Positions 56,964 to 64,000 of a stretch of DNA of 64,000 nucleotides are shown in pieces. The stretch spans positions 235,086-299,085 of the forward strand of contig JBAXTI010000001.1 in the NCBI GenBank assembly GCA_037130265.1, given 5' to 3'. Source of the DNA: a bacterium (lineage in GTDB: Bacteria > Patescibacteriota > Minisyncoccia > Phycocordibacterales > JBBTRF01). The position numbers and the translations under genes are program-made. The notes under the pieces were generated by a model that saw only the letters and a list, made by a program, of their open reading frames with translations, did not search any database and was not told the origin of the DNA. How positions within the stretch are numbered: position 1 is the stretch's first letter; the number at the start of each line of letters is the position of its first letter.

Positions 56964-57139
56964 GGGGCATTTCATGCCCCTTGTCACGACGGCGCTCGGA
57001 TGCTGTGCGAATGAGGACATTCTCACGCAATCCTCGCTTGTCGTGATAAACCCCTCGCTATTTTCCACGATATGGTGTATACTAGTTGGGAAACCGAGTC
57101 GAGTTTTGCAGCTAATAGAAAAACAAAAAACAACACAAA

Positions 57140-57337
57140 ATGAAAGGAACAATCAAGACTTTGACCGACCGAGGATTTGGTTTCATTGCTCGCGATGGCG
57201 AAGCAAAGGACCTCTTCTTCCACTCAAAGGAGTTGGTAGGAGTCATGTTTGATCAGTTGAAGGTGGGAGATGTTCTCACTTTCGAAGTGGTACAGGGAGA
57301 CAAGGGTCCTTCTGCAACACAGGTATCTCGAGCGTAA
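57140..57337 (+). CDS. cspA: cold-shock protein (CspA family)
   Basis: MKGTIKTLTDRGFGFIARDGEAKDLFFH carries the RNP1 and RNP2 motifs of a cold-shock domain. Confidence 0.9.
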   Translation: MKGTIKTLTDRGFGFIARDGEAKDLFFHSKELVGVMFDQLKVGDVLTFEVVQGDKGPSATQVSRA

Positions 57338-57365
57338 GCTTAAGACCTCTGAAAGACAACAAAAA

Positions 57366-57395
57366 ACCGCAGCCCGAAAGGGTCGCGGTTTTTTG
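57366..57395. terminator. bidirectional rho-independent terminator (cspA / msrAB convergent)
   Basis: aaccgcagcccgaaagggtcgcggtt followed by ttttg. Confidence 0.7.
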
Positions 57396-57420
57396 TTGGT
57401 GGTGCGTGTTGTGTCGAGGG

Positions 57421-58641
57421 TTACTGAAATAGCTTCAAGTACTCTCCCAACCCCTGCTTCACGAGATCCTCTTTTGGAACAAAGCGCAGCGAAGCGGAGT
57501 TCATGCAATATCGCAGGCCCGTCGGTGCGGGGCCGTCGGTGAAGACGTGTCCAAGATGGGAGTTGGCATATCGGGAACGAACCTCGGTGCGTTTGGTAAA
57601 CCAGCCGTTGTCCTCGTGCAAAGTCACGACATCGGATGCGATTGGCTTGGTGAACGAGGGCCAGCCGGTACCAGAGTCGTATTTGTCGGTCGAAGAATAC
57701 AATGGCTCACCAGAGACGATGTCGACGTAGATACCAGCGCGCTTGTTCTCGTTGTATTTGTTTTCAAATGGCTTTTCGGTGCCCGCTTGCTGGGTCACTT
57801 CATACTGAAGAGGAGTAAGTCGAGCGCGCAAGGTGGCATCGTCTGGTTTGGTGAAGGCAGTTTTTGCGGCAAAAATGTCTGATGCCGCCGAAGTTTTCAC
57901 TGTAGTGCTTGGGACGCCGAAAAGATTGTCATATTTCCCGCCGCCCCAAATCAACTTAGAAAAAGCATCGCGTCCAGAAGCTTTGCGATAGTATTCGTAT
58001 CGAGTAGTGTTTTTCTTGTAGAAATCCTGATGATAGTCTTCGGCAATCCAGAATTCGCCGACTGGTTCGATGACTGTTGCGATGGGCTTTGGAAATATCT
58101 TTAGCTTAGACACTTCCGCAATCACCTTCTCGGCGATCAGCTTTTCGGCATCGGTTTGGTAGTACACCGCGGAAGTATACTGGTGGCCACGATCATAGAA
58201 GGAGCCCGTTGCGTCGGTGGGGTCGCTGTGGCGAAGAAGCCAAAATACTAGCTGGGCATAGGTGACCTTTTGCGGATCGTACTCCACCTTCACGCTTTCT
58301 CGATGACCAGTCGCCCCTTTCGAAACCTCAGCGTAGGTTGGACCGTCTATTCCTGTGGTACCGCCGGTGTAGCCTGATACTGCTTCTACTACACCTGGGA
58401 GCTTCTCGAAGTCACTTTCGACGCACCAAAAACAGCCACCAGCGAAATAGGCGAGAGCGGTAGTGGTGCTGGTTGGCAATGGCGAAGTGCTGAGTGTTGG
58501 TCCGGTCGATTGGGCCGACTCATCGAGTACGCTTGGTGCAAAATGGCCTTGATACCATCCATAGCCCCATTGTACTGCCGCTGCCACGAAGGCAATGGCC
58601 GCGACTGCTCCGACGATTGTCCAAATACGTTGTGTGTTCAT
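57421..58641 (-). CDS. msrAB: exported bifunctional peptide-methionine sulfoxide reductase MsrA-MsrB
   Basis: An N-terminal TM/signal segment is followed by the MsrA active site [12 protein letters not shown], and then a C-terminal MsrB (SelR) domain ([15 protein letters not shown]...[11 protein letters not shown]). Confidence 0.85.
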   Translation of the reverse strand: MNTQRIWTIVGAVAAIAFVAAAVQWGYGWYQGHFAPSVLDESAQSTGPTLSTSPLPTSTTTALAYFAGGCFWCVESDFEKLPGVVEAVSGYTGGTTGIDGPTYAEVSKGATGHRESVKVEYDPQKVTYAQLVFWLLRHSDPTDATGSFYDRGHQYTSAVYYQTDAEKLIAEKVIAEVSKLKIFPKPIATVIEPVGEFWIAEDYHQDFYKKNTTRYEYYRKASGRDAFSKLIWGGGKYDNLFGVPSTTVKTSAASDIFAAKTAFTKPDDATLRARLTPLQYEVTQQAGTEKPFENKYNENKRAGIYVDIVSGEPLYSSTDKYDSGTGWPSFTKPIASDVVTLHEDNGWFTKRTEVRSRYANSHLGHVFTDGPAPTGLRYCMNSASLRFVPKEDLVKQGLGEYLKLFQ

Positions 58642-58705
58642 CGCTCTATTCTATCACCGCCCTCTGTATTTTTATCTTCGCTACAATGTTTGCTACACTA
58701 TTCGT

Positions 58706-59074
58706 ATGAAATTAAAAGAACTTTTCAAATTGACCGGTTTGCCAGTGTTGGCTGCATCCTTGTGTTGTCTGAGCCCGCTTATTCTCGTCGCGTTCGGCTT
58801 GTCCACCGCCACTTTTTCGGCGTCGCTCGCCGATAGTCTTTACGGCGACTATCGCTGGGCATTCCGTGTTGTTGGTCTCATGCTGCTCGCATGGAGTCTC
58901 GTCTTGTATTTCCGTCGTCAGAAGGGGATTTGTACGCTCGATGAAGTAAAGAAGCGAAGACAGGAGATTGTGAACGTCACACTTCTTGCGCTCATTGTGG
59001 CGATTGTTGGTTACAGCATCTTCCTCTACGTCGTGGTGCATTATGCGGGGTTGCCATTTGGGATTTGGGAGTAG
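58706..59074 (+). CDS. MerT-like small membrane protein with vicinal Cys pair in TM1
   Basis: PVLAASLCCLSPLILVAFG has the CC in the first TM helix as in MerT. Two further TM helices follow. The start is taken at the internal ATG at 58706 (MKLKELF). The gene lies upstream of a P1B-type ATPase. Confidence 0.45.
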   Translation: MKLKELFKLTGLPVLAASLCCLSPLILVAFGLSTATFSASLADSLYGDYRWAFRVVGLMLLAWSLVLYFRRQKGICTLDEVKKRRQEIVNVTLLALIVAIVGYSIFLYVVVHYAGLPFGIWE

Positions 59075-59180
59075 TTCTGCGCTGAGTACCTCTCTGCTTA
59101 AATAGCTATCAAAGGGGGCTGGTAGCGGTCCCAGAGGGGGTATGGTATGATAGCTCGCATAAGTAATTAATATAATCAAT

Positions 59181-59459
59181 ATGCCAAAAGCAGCAAAACC
59201 AGCAGCAAAGAAAGTCAATTCAGCATTCATGAAGCCAATGACTGTCAGCGCAGACCTCGCCGCTGTCGTGGGAAAGGGACCAATGCCTCGATCTGAGGTG
59301 GTGAAGGCTCTCTGGGCATACATCAAGAAGAATAAGCTCCAGGATGAGAAGAACAAGCGAAATATCAACGCTGACGCTTCTTTGAAAAAGGTGTTCGGTG
59401 GCAAGGCTACTGTGAACATGTTTGAAATGACTAGCTTGGTTTCAAAGCACCTTTCATAA
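59181..59459 (+). CDS. SWIB/MDM2-domain protein
   Basis: A basic N-terminus is followed by MKPMTVSADLAAVVGKGPMPRSEVVKALWAYIKKNKLQDEKNKRNINADASLKKVFG, the canonical SWIB fold sequence. Confidence 0.75.
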   Translation: MPKAAKPAAKKVNSAFMKPMTVSADLAAVVGKGPMPRSEVVKALWAYIKKNKLQDEKNKRNINADASLKKVFGGKATVNMFEMTSLVSKHLS

Positions 59460-59462
59460 TTT

Positions 59463-61361
59463 TTGAAGAGGATTGATCCGAAAGGGTCGATGAAACAAAA
59501 ACGCCGGCCCGATGGCCGGCGTTTTTGTTTCTGGAAACGTTCGCCACTTTTCGGCGGCCGCGGTGTAGTCGTGATACAATATTTTTCTATGCAAACCCAT
59601 TTCATTGTGCCGGGCCTCGTACTTGTTTGTTTAATTCTCGGCATTTTTCATGTCCCGTACGTATTTTTGTTGGCTGTCTGTATTGGTCTCTTCAAAATAG
59701 TCACAAAATCGTACGAAGAGATCCGTGAGGGCCGATACAGTCTCGACTACGTAGCATTTCTCGCGATGGTGGTTTCGATCGTCTCTCACGAATATCTTGC
59801 TGGCGGGGTGATCGCTCTGATGTATACCGGTGGAGAGGCACTTGAAGCCTTTGCGAATGGTCGAGCGTACGCAGCGTTGAAGTCGCTCGGCGATACGATT
59901 CCAAAATACTGTCTCGTAGCGACTGGTCCAGCAGGTGATGGTGGCTATGACAGTGTGGCGATTCAAGAGGTGGAGGATGGTGACCGTGTCTTGATCAAAC
60001 GCGGGGAGATTGTACCCCTCGACGGTACGGTGGTCTCGACTGGCGGCGCGGTGCTCAGTATGGCCAATCTCACGGGCGAATCCGACCCTGTTTCTTTAAA
60101 AAAAGGGACCTTTGTGAAAAGCGGCGCTGTGAACGCTGGAGAAAGCTTCGATCTCGATGTGGTTGGAGATTTTTCTTCCTCGACGTATCACAAGATCGCG
60201 CAGCTCGTAGAGGAAGCAAAGGCGAATCCCGCACCCCTCGTGCGAATGTCATCTCGAGCGAATGCATATTTCACCTTCGCGACGTTTTTGTTTGCCGGGA
60301 TTGCGTATGTGGTGAGTGACGAGATTACTCGGGCGCTTGCGGTGTTGGTGATTGCGACACCGTGCCCGCTCATTATTGCTGCGCCTGCCGCCTTTATCGG
60401 TGGAATGTCGCGCCTTGCTCGGTCGGGTATCATTTTGCGGAAGTCTGCAGCATTTGAAGGACTCCAGAAGGCGAAGAAAATCTTTTTCGACAAGACTGGC
60501 ACGCTCACAATGGGCGAGCCGTCTTTGCGACAGGTTCATTTGTTACATCATCAATTAAAGGACGAGGCGGAAGCTTTGGCGATTGCAGCAGCGATCGAGA
60601 TTCACTCACTGCATCCGCTGGCGCAGGCTTTGGTGGTCGAGGCGCGCCGGCGCGGGGTGGAGTACACGCCGGCGCTGAATGTCGCGGAGAAGATTGGCGA
60701 AGGGATCTCCGGGGAGATTTCTGGACAGGTATTTTCGTTGAAGCGCGCCAGCGCTATTGATGATGAAGATACTTCAGGGATTATTCTCGCTTTGTCGGCA
60801 AATGGTGTGGAGCTCGCCCATTTTATTTTTGCGGACGAGTTGAAGGCCGGTGTCGGCACGTTGTTTTCAAATCTGTCTGCTCGTGGAGCTGAAATTGAGA
60901 TCATCACTGGAGATAGCAAGGCGAATGCGGAAGCTGTGTTTGCTGGTTTTGGTGTCACGGTGCGGGCCAATGTCTCACCGGAGGACAAATATCGCCTGGT
61001 GGAGGCGGCGCATAAACAAGGTCAGGGTGTGGTGATGATTGGCGATGGATTGAATGATGCTCCGGCGCTCGCACGAGCCGATGTTGGTGTGGTGTTTTCT
61101 GGATCGGAGAATGGTGCGTCGATTGAGGTGTCGGATGTGGTGATCCTCGACCACCGAATTGAGAAATTGGACGAATTGTTTGCTGCGGCCGAAAAAACGG
61201 TGCGTGTGGCACGGCAGAGTATTTACGGCGGCATTGCATTGTCGGTGATTGGGATGGCTTTCGCTGCTTTTGGATATATTCCGCCGGTCACCGGTGCCTT
61301 TATTCAGGAGGGGATTGATATTATTGTCATCTTAAATGCGCTGCGAACATTGCGGGCGTAG
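59463..61361 (+). CDS. P1B-type heavy-metal-translocating P-type ATPase lacking an N-terminal metal-binding domain (P1B-4-like)
   Basis: TGES-like region GEIVPLDG, a transmembrane xPC motif (ATPCPLIIAAP), DKTGTLT, and GDGLNDAPALARADVG. A size of about 630 aa and the absence of an HMA domain fit the P1B-4 subgroup. The true start is probably an internal Met. Confidence 0.8.
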   Translation: MKRIDPKGSMKQKRRPDGRRFCFWKRSPLFGGRGVVVIQYFSMQTHFIVPGLVLVCLILGIFHVPYVFLLAVCIGLFKIVTKSYEEIREGRYSLDYVAFLAMVVSIVSHEYLAGGVIALMYTGGEALEAFANGRAYAALKSLGDTIPKYCLVATGPAGDGGYDSVAIQEVEDGDRVLIKRGEIVPLDGTVVSTGGAVLSMANLTGESDPVSLKKGTFVKSGAVNAGESFDLDVVGDFSSSTYHKIAQLVEEAKANPAPLVRMSSRANAYFTFATFLFAGIAYVVSDEITRALAVLVIATPCPLIIAAPAAFIGGMSRLARSGIILRKSAAFEGLQKAKKIFFDKTGTLTMGEPSLRQVHLLHHQLKDEAEALAIAAAIEIHSLHPLAQALVVEARRRGVEYTPALNVAEKIGEGISGEISGQVFSLKRASAIDDEDTSGIILALSANGVELAHFIFADELKAGVGTLFSNLSARGAEIEIITGDSKANAEAVFAGFGVTVRANVSPEDKYRLVEAAHKQGQGVVMIGDGLNDAPALARADVGVVFSGSENGASIEVSDVVILDHRIEKLDELFAAAEKTVRVARQSIYGGIALSVIGMAFAAFGYIPPVTGAFIQEGIDIIVILNALRTLRA

Positions 61362-62242
61362 TGGTCGCAGGATACAATAGTCTGGCAATGGCGAAAGACA
61401 AGTACAGCGCGGTGTGGGTGTCGCACTCCTCGATGGGAGATTTTTTGAAGTGTCCGCGTGCGTACTATTTGCATAACATATACAAAGATCCAAAGACTCG
61501 CCGCAAGATGAGCGTGGTTGGTCCTGCGCTCTCTCTCGGTACGGCCGTGCATGGGGTGGTGGAGGGATTGGCGGATTTCAAGGCCGAAGAGCGATTTACT
61601 GGACGAGACCTATTGGCTGAATACGAGAAGCAGTGGGCAAAGGTTTCAGGTGAAAAAGGCGGTTTCAAGAGTGTTGAAGATGAGGCTGAGTGGAAGGCGC
61701 GTGGAGAAGTGATGATCGAGCGAGTGATTGCACATCCAGGACCGTTGGTGAAGAAGGCGTTGAAGCTGAAGGGTGGGCAGAATGATATGCTGCCGAATTA
61801 CTTTTTGTCTGAGGATGAGAATATTATTTTGTGCGGGAAGATTGATTGGCTTGAATATGTGCCGGAGGATGACAGTGTTCGCGTGCTCGATTTCAAGACG
61901 GGGAAACGGGAGGAGGAGGGCGAGTCGCTGCAGCTGCCGATCTATTTGCTGTTGTTGAACGAATTGCAGAAGCGCAAAGTGAGTGGTGCAAGCTATTGGT
62001 ATTTGGATCGAGACGATGAGCCGAAGTTGGTGGAGCTGCCCTCGTTGGAGGTCGCGCGAGAAAAAGTGCTCACCGTGGCTCGGGCAGTGAAGGCCGCCCG
62101 CGAGAAGGGCGTGTTTGAGTGTCCACGCGTTCTCGCGGGCGGCTCCTCTTGTTTCGCCTGCGCACCATACGAAGCAATTCTGCGTGGTGAAGCCAAGTCC
62201 CTCGGTGTGGGGGAATATAATCAAGATTTGTTTCTTGTTTAA
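61361..62242 (+). CDS. PD-(D/E)XK nuclease superfamily protein (Cas4/RecB-nuclease-like with 4-Cys cluster)
   Basis: One Cys lies in the N-terminal FLKCPRAYYL. The core is ILCGKIDWLEY...VRVLDFKTGK (D...D/E-x-K). A C-terminal CPRVLAGGSSCFACAPYE supplies three more Cys, an Fe-S-like arrangement as in Cas4/AddB nucleases. Confidence 0.55.
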   Translation: MVAGYNSLAMAKDKYSAVWVSHSSMGDFLKCPRAYYLHNIYKDPKTRRKMSVVGPALSLGTAVHGVVEGLADFKAEERFTGRDLLAEYEKQWAKVSGEKGGFKSVEDEAEWKARGEVMIERVIAHPGPLVKKALKLKGGQNDMLPNYFLSEDENIILCGKIDWLEYVPEDDSVRVLDFKTGKREEEGESLQLPIYLLLLNELQKRKVSGASYWYLDRDDEPKLVELPSLEVAREKVLTVARAVKAAREKGVFECPRVLAGGSSCFACAPYEAILRGEAKSLGVGEYNQDLFLV

Positions 62243-62342
62243 ATCGGGCGAAATTTGTCGGTTGAGAATCAGTCGTGGAGCTGCGCCAGGCTGGGAGGGC
62301 GGTGTCTGTGGTGGTGTTCAAGAGGGGTGGTGAAGTAAAAAT

Positions 62343-62401
62343 AGTACCCTCGGATTTTGCATACAAAAGTATGAAGAAAGTATGCAAAATCCGAGGGTAC
62401 T
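62343..62401. repeat. perfect 21-bp inverted repeat with a 17-nt loop
   Basis: agtaccctcggattttgcata (62343-62363) is the exact reverse complement of tatgcaaaatccgagggtact (62381-62401). No U-tract follows. Confidence 0.9.
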
Positions 62402-62469
62402 CAGAAATGTTGACGGACACCTCTGCTATACTTTTTCCTGCTATACTATTTGGCACACAAGATATCGAT

Positions 62470-63246
62470 ATGACAAGGAAACCACAAAAACCCCGAACGC
62501 TCAAAGACCTCGTGCGCGAGCTGAGGGCGAACGCCAACGCCAAGAAGGCGGAGCAGCTTGCTGGCTATTTTAAAACTGGGCTAGGTGAATATGGCGCGGG
62601 CGATCGCTTCCTTGGCTTGACCGTGCCTCAACAGCGAACGATCGCCCGCGCTTACTCCCACCTTTCTTTCGCCGATCTCACCACTCTCGCAAAAAACCCA
62701 ATTCACGAACACCGCTTCACCTGCACAGAAATCTTGAACCAGAAAATGGTTATTGCGATGCGGTCGCCAAACGGTGCTGCTGCAAAATTACCCCAGCCAC
62801 TTGTTGATCAGGAGCAGATCGCGAAGTGGTATATCGAACACGCTCGCTGTTTCAACAATTGGGACCTCGTAGACAACTCCGCCCGGGACATCCTCGGTGC
62901 CTATCTGCATCAAAAAGGGAACACGGCCATTCTCGATCGCTTGGCACGATCAGCCAATTTATGGGAGCGGCGTATTGCAGTCATCGCTACACACTTTTTC
63001 ATTCAGAAAGGCGAATTTGCCGATACCCTCCGCATCTGCGAGACGCTCATAGGCGACGACCACGACCTCATTCACAAGGCTTGCGGCTGGATGCTTCGCG
63101 AGACAGGGAAACGTTCTCCAGAGGGCCTAAAAGCCCTCAAGAGCTTCCTAGGTATGCATGCTGTGTCCATGCCGAGGACGATGCTTCGATACGCCATTGA
63201 GCGATTTTCGGCCTCCCAGCGAGCGAAGTATCTCAAGATGGCCTAA
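62470..63246 (+). CDS. DNA alkylation repair protein (AlkD/AlkC-like HEAT-repeat glycosylase family)
   Basis: LRANANAKKAEQLAGYFKTGLGEYGAGDRFLGLTVPQQRTIAR resembles the N-terminus of the DNA_alkylation family. Length is about 258 aa from the internal ATG at 62470. Confidence 0.55.
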   Translation: MTRKPQKPRTLKDLVRELRANANAKKAEQLAGYFKTGLGEYGAGDRFLGLTVPQQRTIARAYSHLSFADLTTLAKNPIHEHRFTCTEILNQKMVIAMRSPNGAAAKLPQPLVDQEQIAKWYIEHARCFNNWDLVDNSARDILGAYLHQKGNTAILDRLARSANLWERRIAVIATHFFIQKGEFADTLRICETLIGDDHDLIHKACGWMLRETGKRSPEGLKALKSFLGMHAVSMPRTMLRYAIERFSASQRAKYLKMA

Positions 63247-63314
63247 CCACGGCCCCCTATGGAAAATGGTCAAAAAACATGGCCAAAAAGGCTATTTTGT
63301 GGTAGTGTTCGTGG

Positions 63315-64000
63315 ATGAAAAAAGCGATCAACGTCGCCGTCGTTTTAGGCCTTAGCGTGAGCATTTTGGCCGGTTTTGCACCCTTCGCTCAGGCGCAGGT
63401 GCTTGCGCCCGTCTACGACCCTCGACCATTCGGCTCTACTCTCGAAGTGCATGTAAACGACAACGGCTCGGTCTCTGTCCAGGGTGCTCGCGTTGAACAG
63501 GTTTCCGGTACCACGATCTTCTGCAAGGTGTATTGGGGTGTTTCGTTTATTCGCCTCACTGTTCGTACCAACGATAAGACCATTTTTGAGAAGCGGTTTG
63601 GACAGGCCGTTACTGTGAAGGAGATTTCCGTCGGCGATTTCATTTCAGTCAACGGAGACCTTTTCGAAGGCTCAAACTCTCTCGACGTAGTGGCAAAGAA
63701 GGTGAAGAATTGGTCGTTACAGACATTGGAGGAAGGTTTTTCCGGCACGATTACCGATCTCGGCACGAGTACCCCGACGCAATTGGCCTACGTTCTTAAT
63801 TCAAAGACCCGAGGCAAGATTACGCTGTTGGTAGCTTCATCGACTCCGGTGAACAAGGGTACTTTGGTGCTGAGCACGAGTGTCCTGGGTGTCGGCTCGA
63901 AAATTACTTCCGCAACCGGTGTATACAACAATCTCCAAAAAACACTCGAGGTGCAGACGATCCGCATCTATCAAGATATGTCGATTTTCAAGCCACGAAA
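63315..64000 (+). CDS. secreted hypothetical protein (5' part; continues past the window end)
   Basis: ATG at 63315. Signal peptide MKKAINVAVVLGLSVSILAGFAPFAQAQV. The frame is open to the end of the window. It is not in the ORF track because no stop falls inside the window. Confidence 0.5.
   Translation, partial: MKKAINVAVVLGLSVSILAGFAPFAQAQVLAPVYDPRPFGSTLEVHVNDNGSVSVQGARVEQVSGTTIFCKVYWGVSFIRLTVRTNDKTIFEKRFGQAVTVKEISVGDFISVNGDLFEGSNSLDVVAKKVKNWSLQTLEEGFSGTITDLGTSTPTQLAYVLNSKTRGKITLLVASSTPVNKGTLVLSTSVLGVGSKITSATGVYNNLQKTLEVQTIRIYQDMSIFKPR

Noticed and set aside
56962-56990. Terminator call for the palindrome aggggcatttcatgcccct
   Set aside because: It is a perfect stem but has no downstream U-tract. 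It is kept only as part of the small-ORF observation.
59101-59160. Nested imperfect palindrome (agctatc...gatagct, ctgg...ccag) upstream of the SWIB gene as a riboswitch or ncRNA
   Set aside because: It is too short and degenerate to assign. It is more likely promoter or UTR structure, since a TATAAT lies just downstream.
1-64000. CRISPR arrays, rRNA genes, IS elements or transposases
   Set aside because: No regularly spaced direct repeats, no rRNA-like conserved stretches and no DDE, IS-type or tyrosine-integrase ORFs were found. The only recombinase is the serine recombinase in the AT-rich island.

Overview
This 64 kb window reads as chromosomal DNA from a small-genome bacterium. The gene content suggests a CPR/Patescibacteria-like organism, but that is inference only. 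GC content is moderate to high except for one AT-rich insertion of about 4.9 kb. Most of the window is housekeeping: rpsA, a gyrA interrupted by an HNH-type intein, infB-rbfA, a cysteine desulfurase, clpB, alr, rpmG, miaA, parB, topA, dprA, serS, a tRNA-dihydrouridine synthase, dnaX, dinB, cspA, a secreted MsrA-MsrB fusion and a P1B-type metal ATPase. I could fold eight tRNAs by eye: Leu-TAG, Lys-CTT, Leu-TAA, Cys-GCA, Tyr-GTA, Trp-CCA, Leu-CAA and Gln-TTG. Observations that annotation would not explain: (1) three times, a gene for an HTH plus LAGLIDADG-type endonuclease-like protein ends 8 to 14 bp before a tRNA gene (tRNA-Tyr, tRNA-Trp, tRNA-Gln), and one copy is frameshifted; (2) five tandem paralogous small two-helix membrane proteins with a conserved G-D/E-x-x-K loop, resembling TrbC/VirB2-like pilins, sit next to an SPFH protein and a lone receiver domain; (3) an AT-rich island carrying a large serine recombinase lies downstream of tRNA-Gln; (4) a Clp/Hsp100-like ATPase has N-terminal transmembrane segments and a degenerate first AAA domain; (5) the gyrA intein sits between GNFG and SIDGD and carries an HNH rather than LAGLIDADG endonuclease; (6) a repeat-rich surface protein has its signal peptide split from its body by a T6 homopolymer, which is a phase-variation candidate; (7) tRNA-Leu(CAA) abuts the miaA start codon; (8) partial copies of tRNA 3' ends are stacked around the tRNA cluster. 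No CRISPR array, rRNA gene or recognisable transposase was seen. All calls come from reading the ORF translations and the nucleotide sequence by eye. No searches were run.
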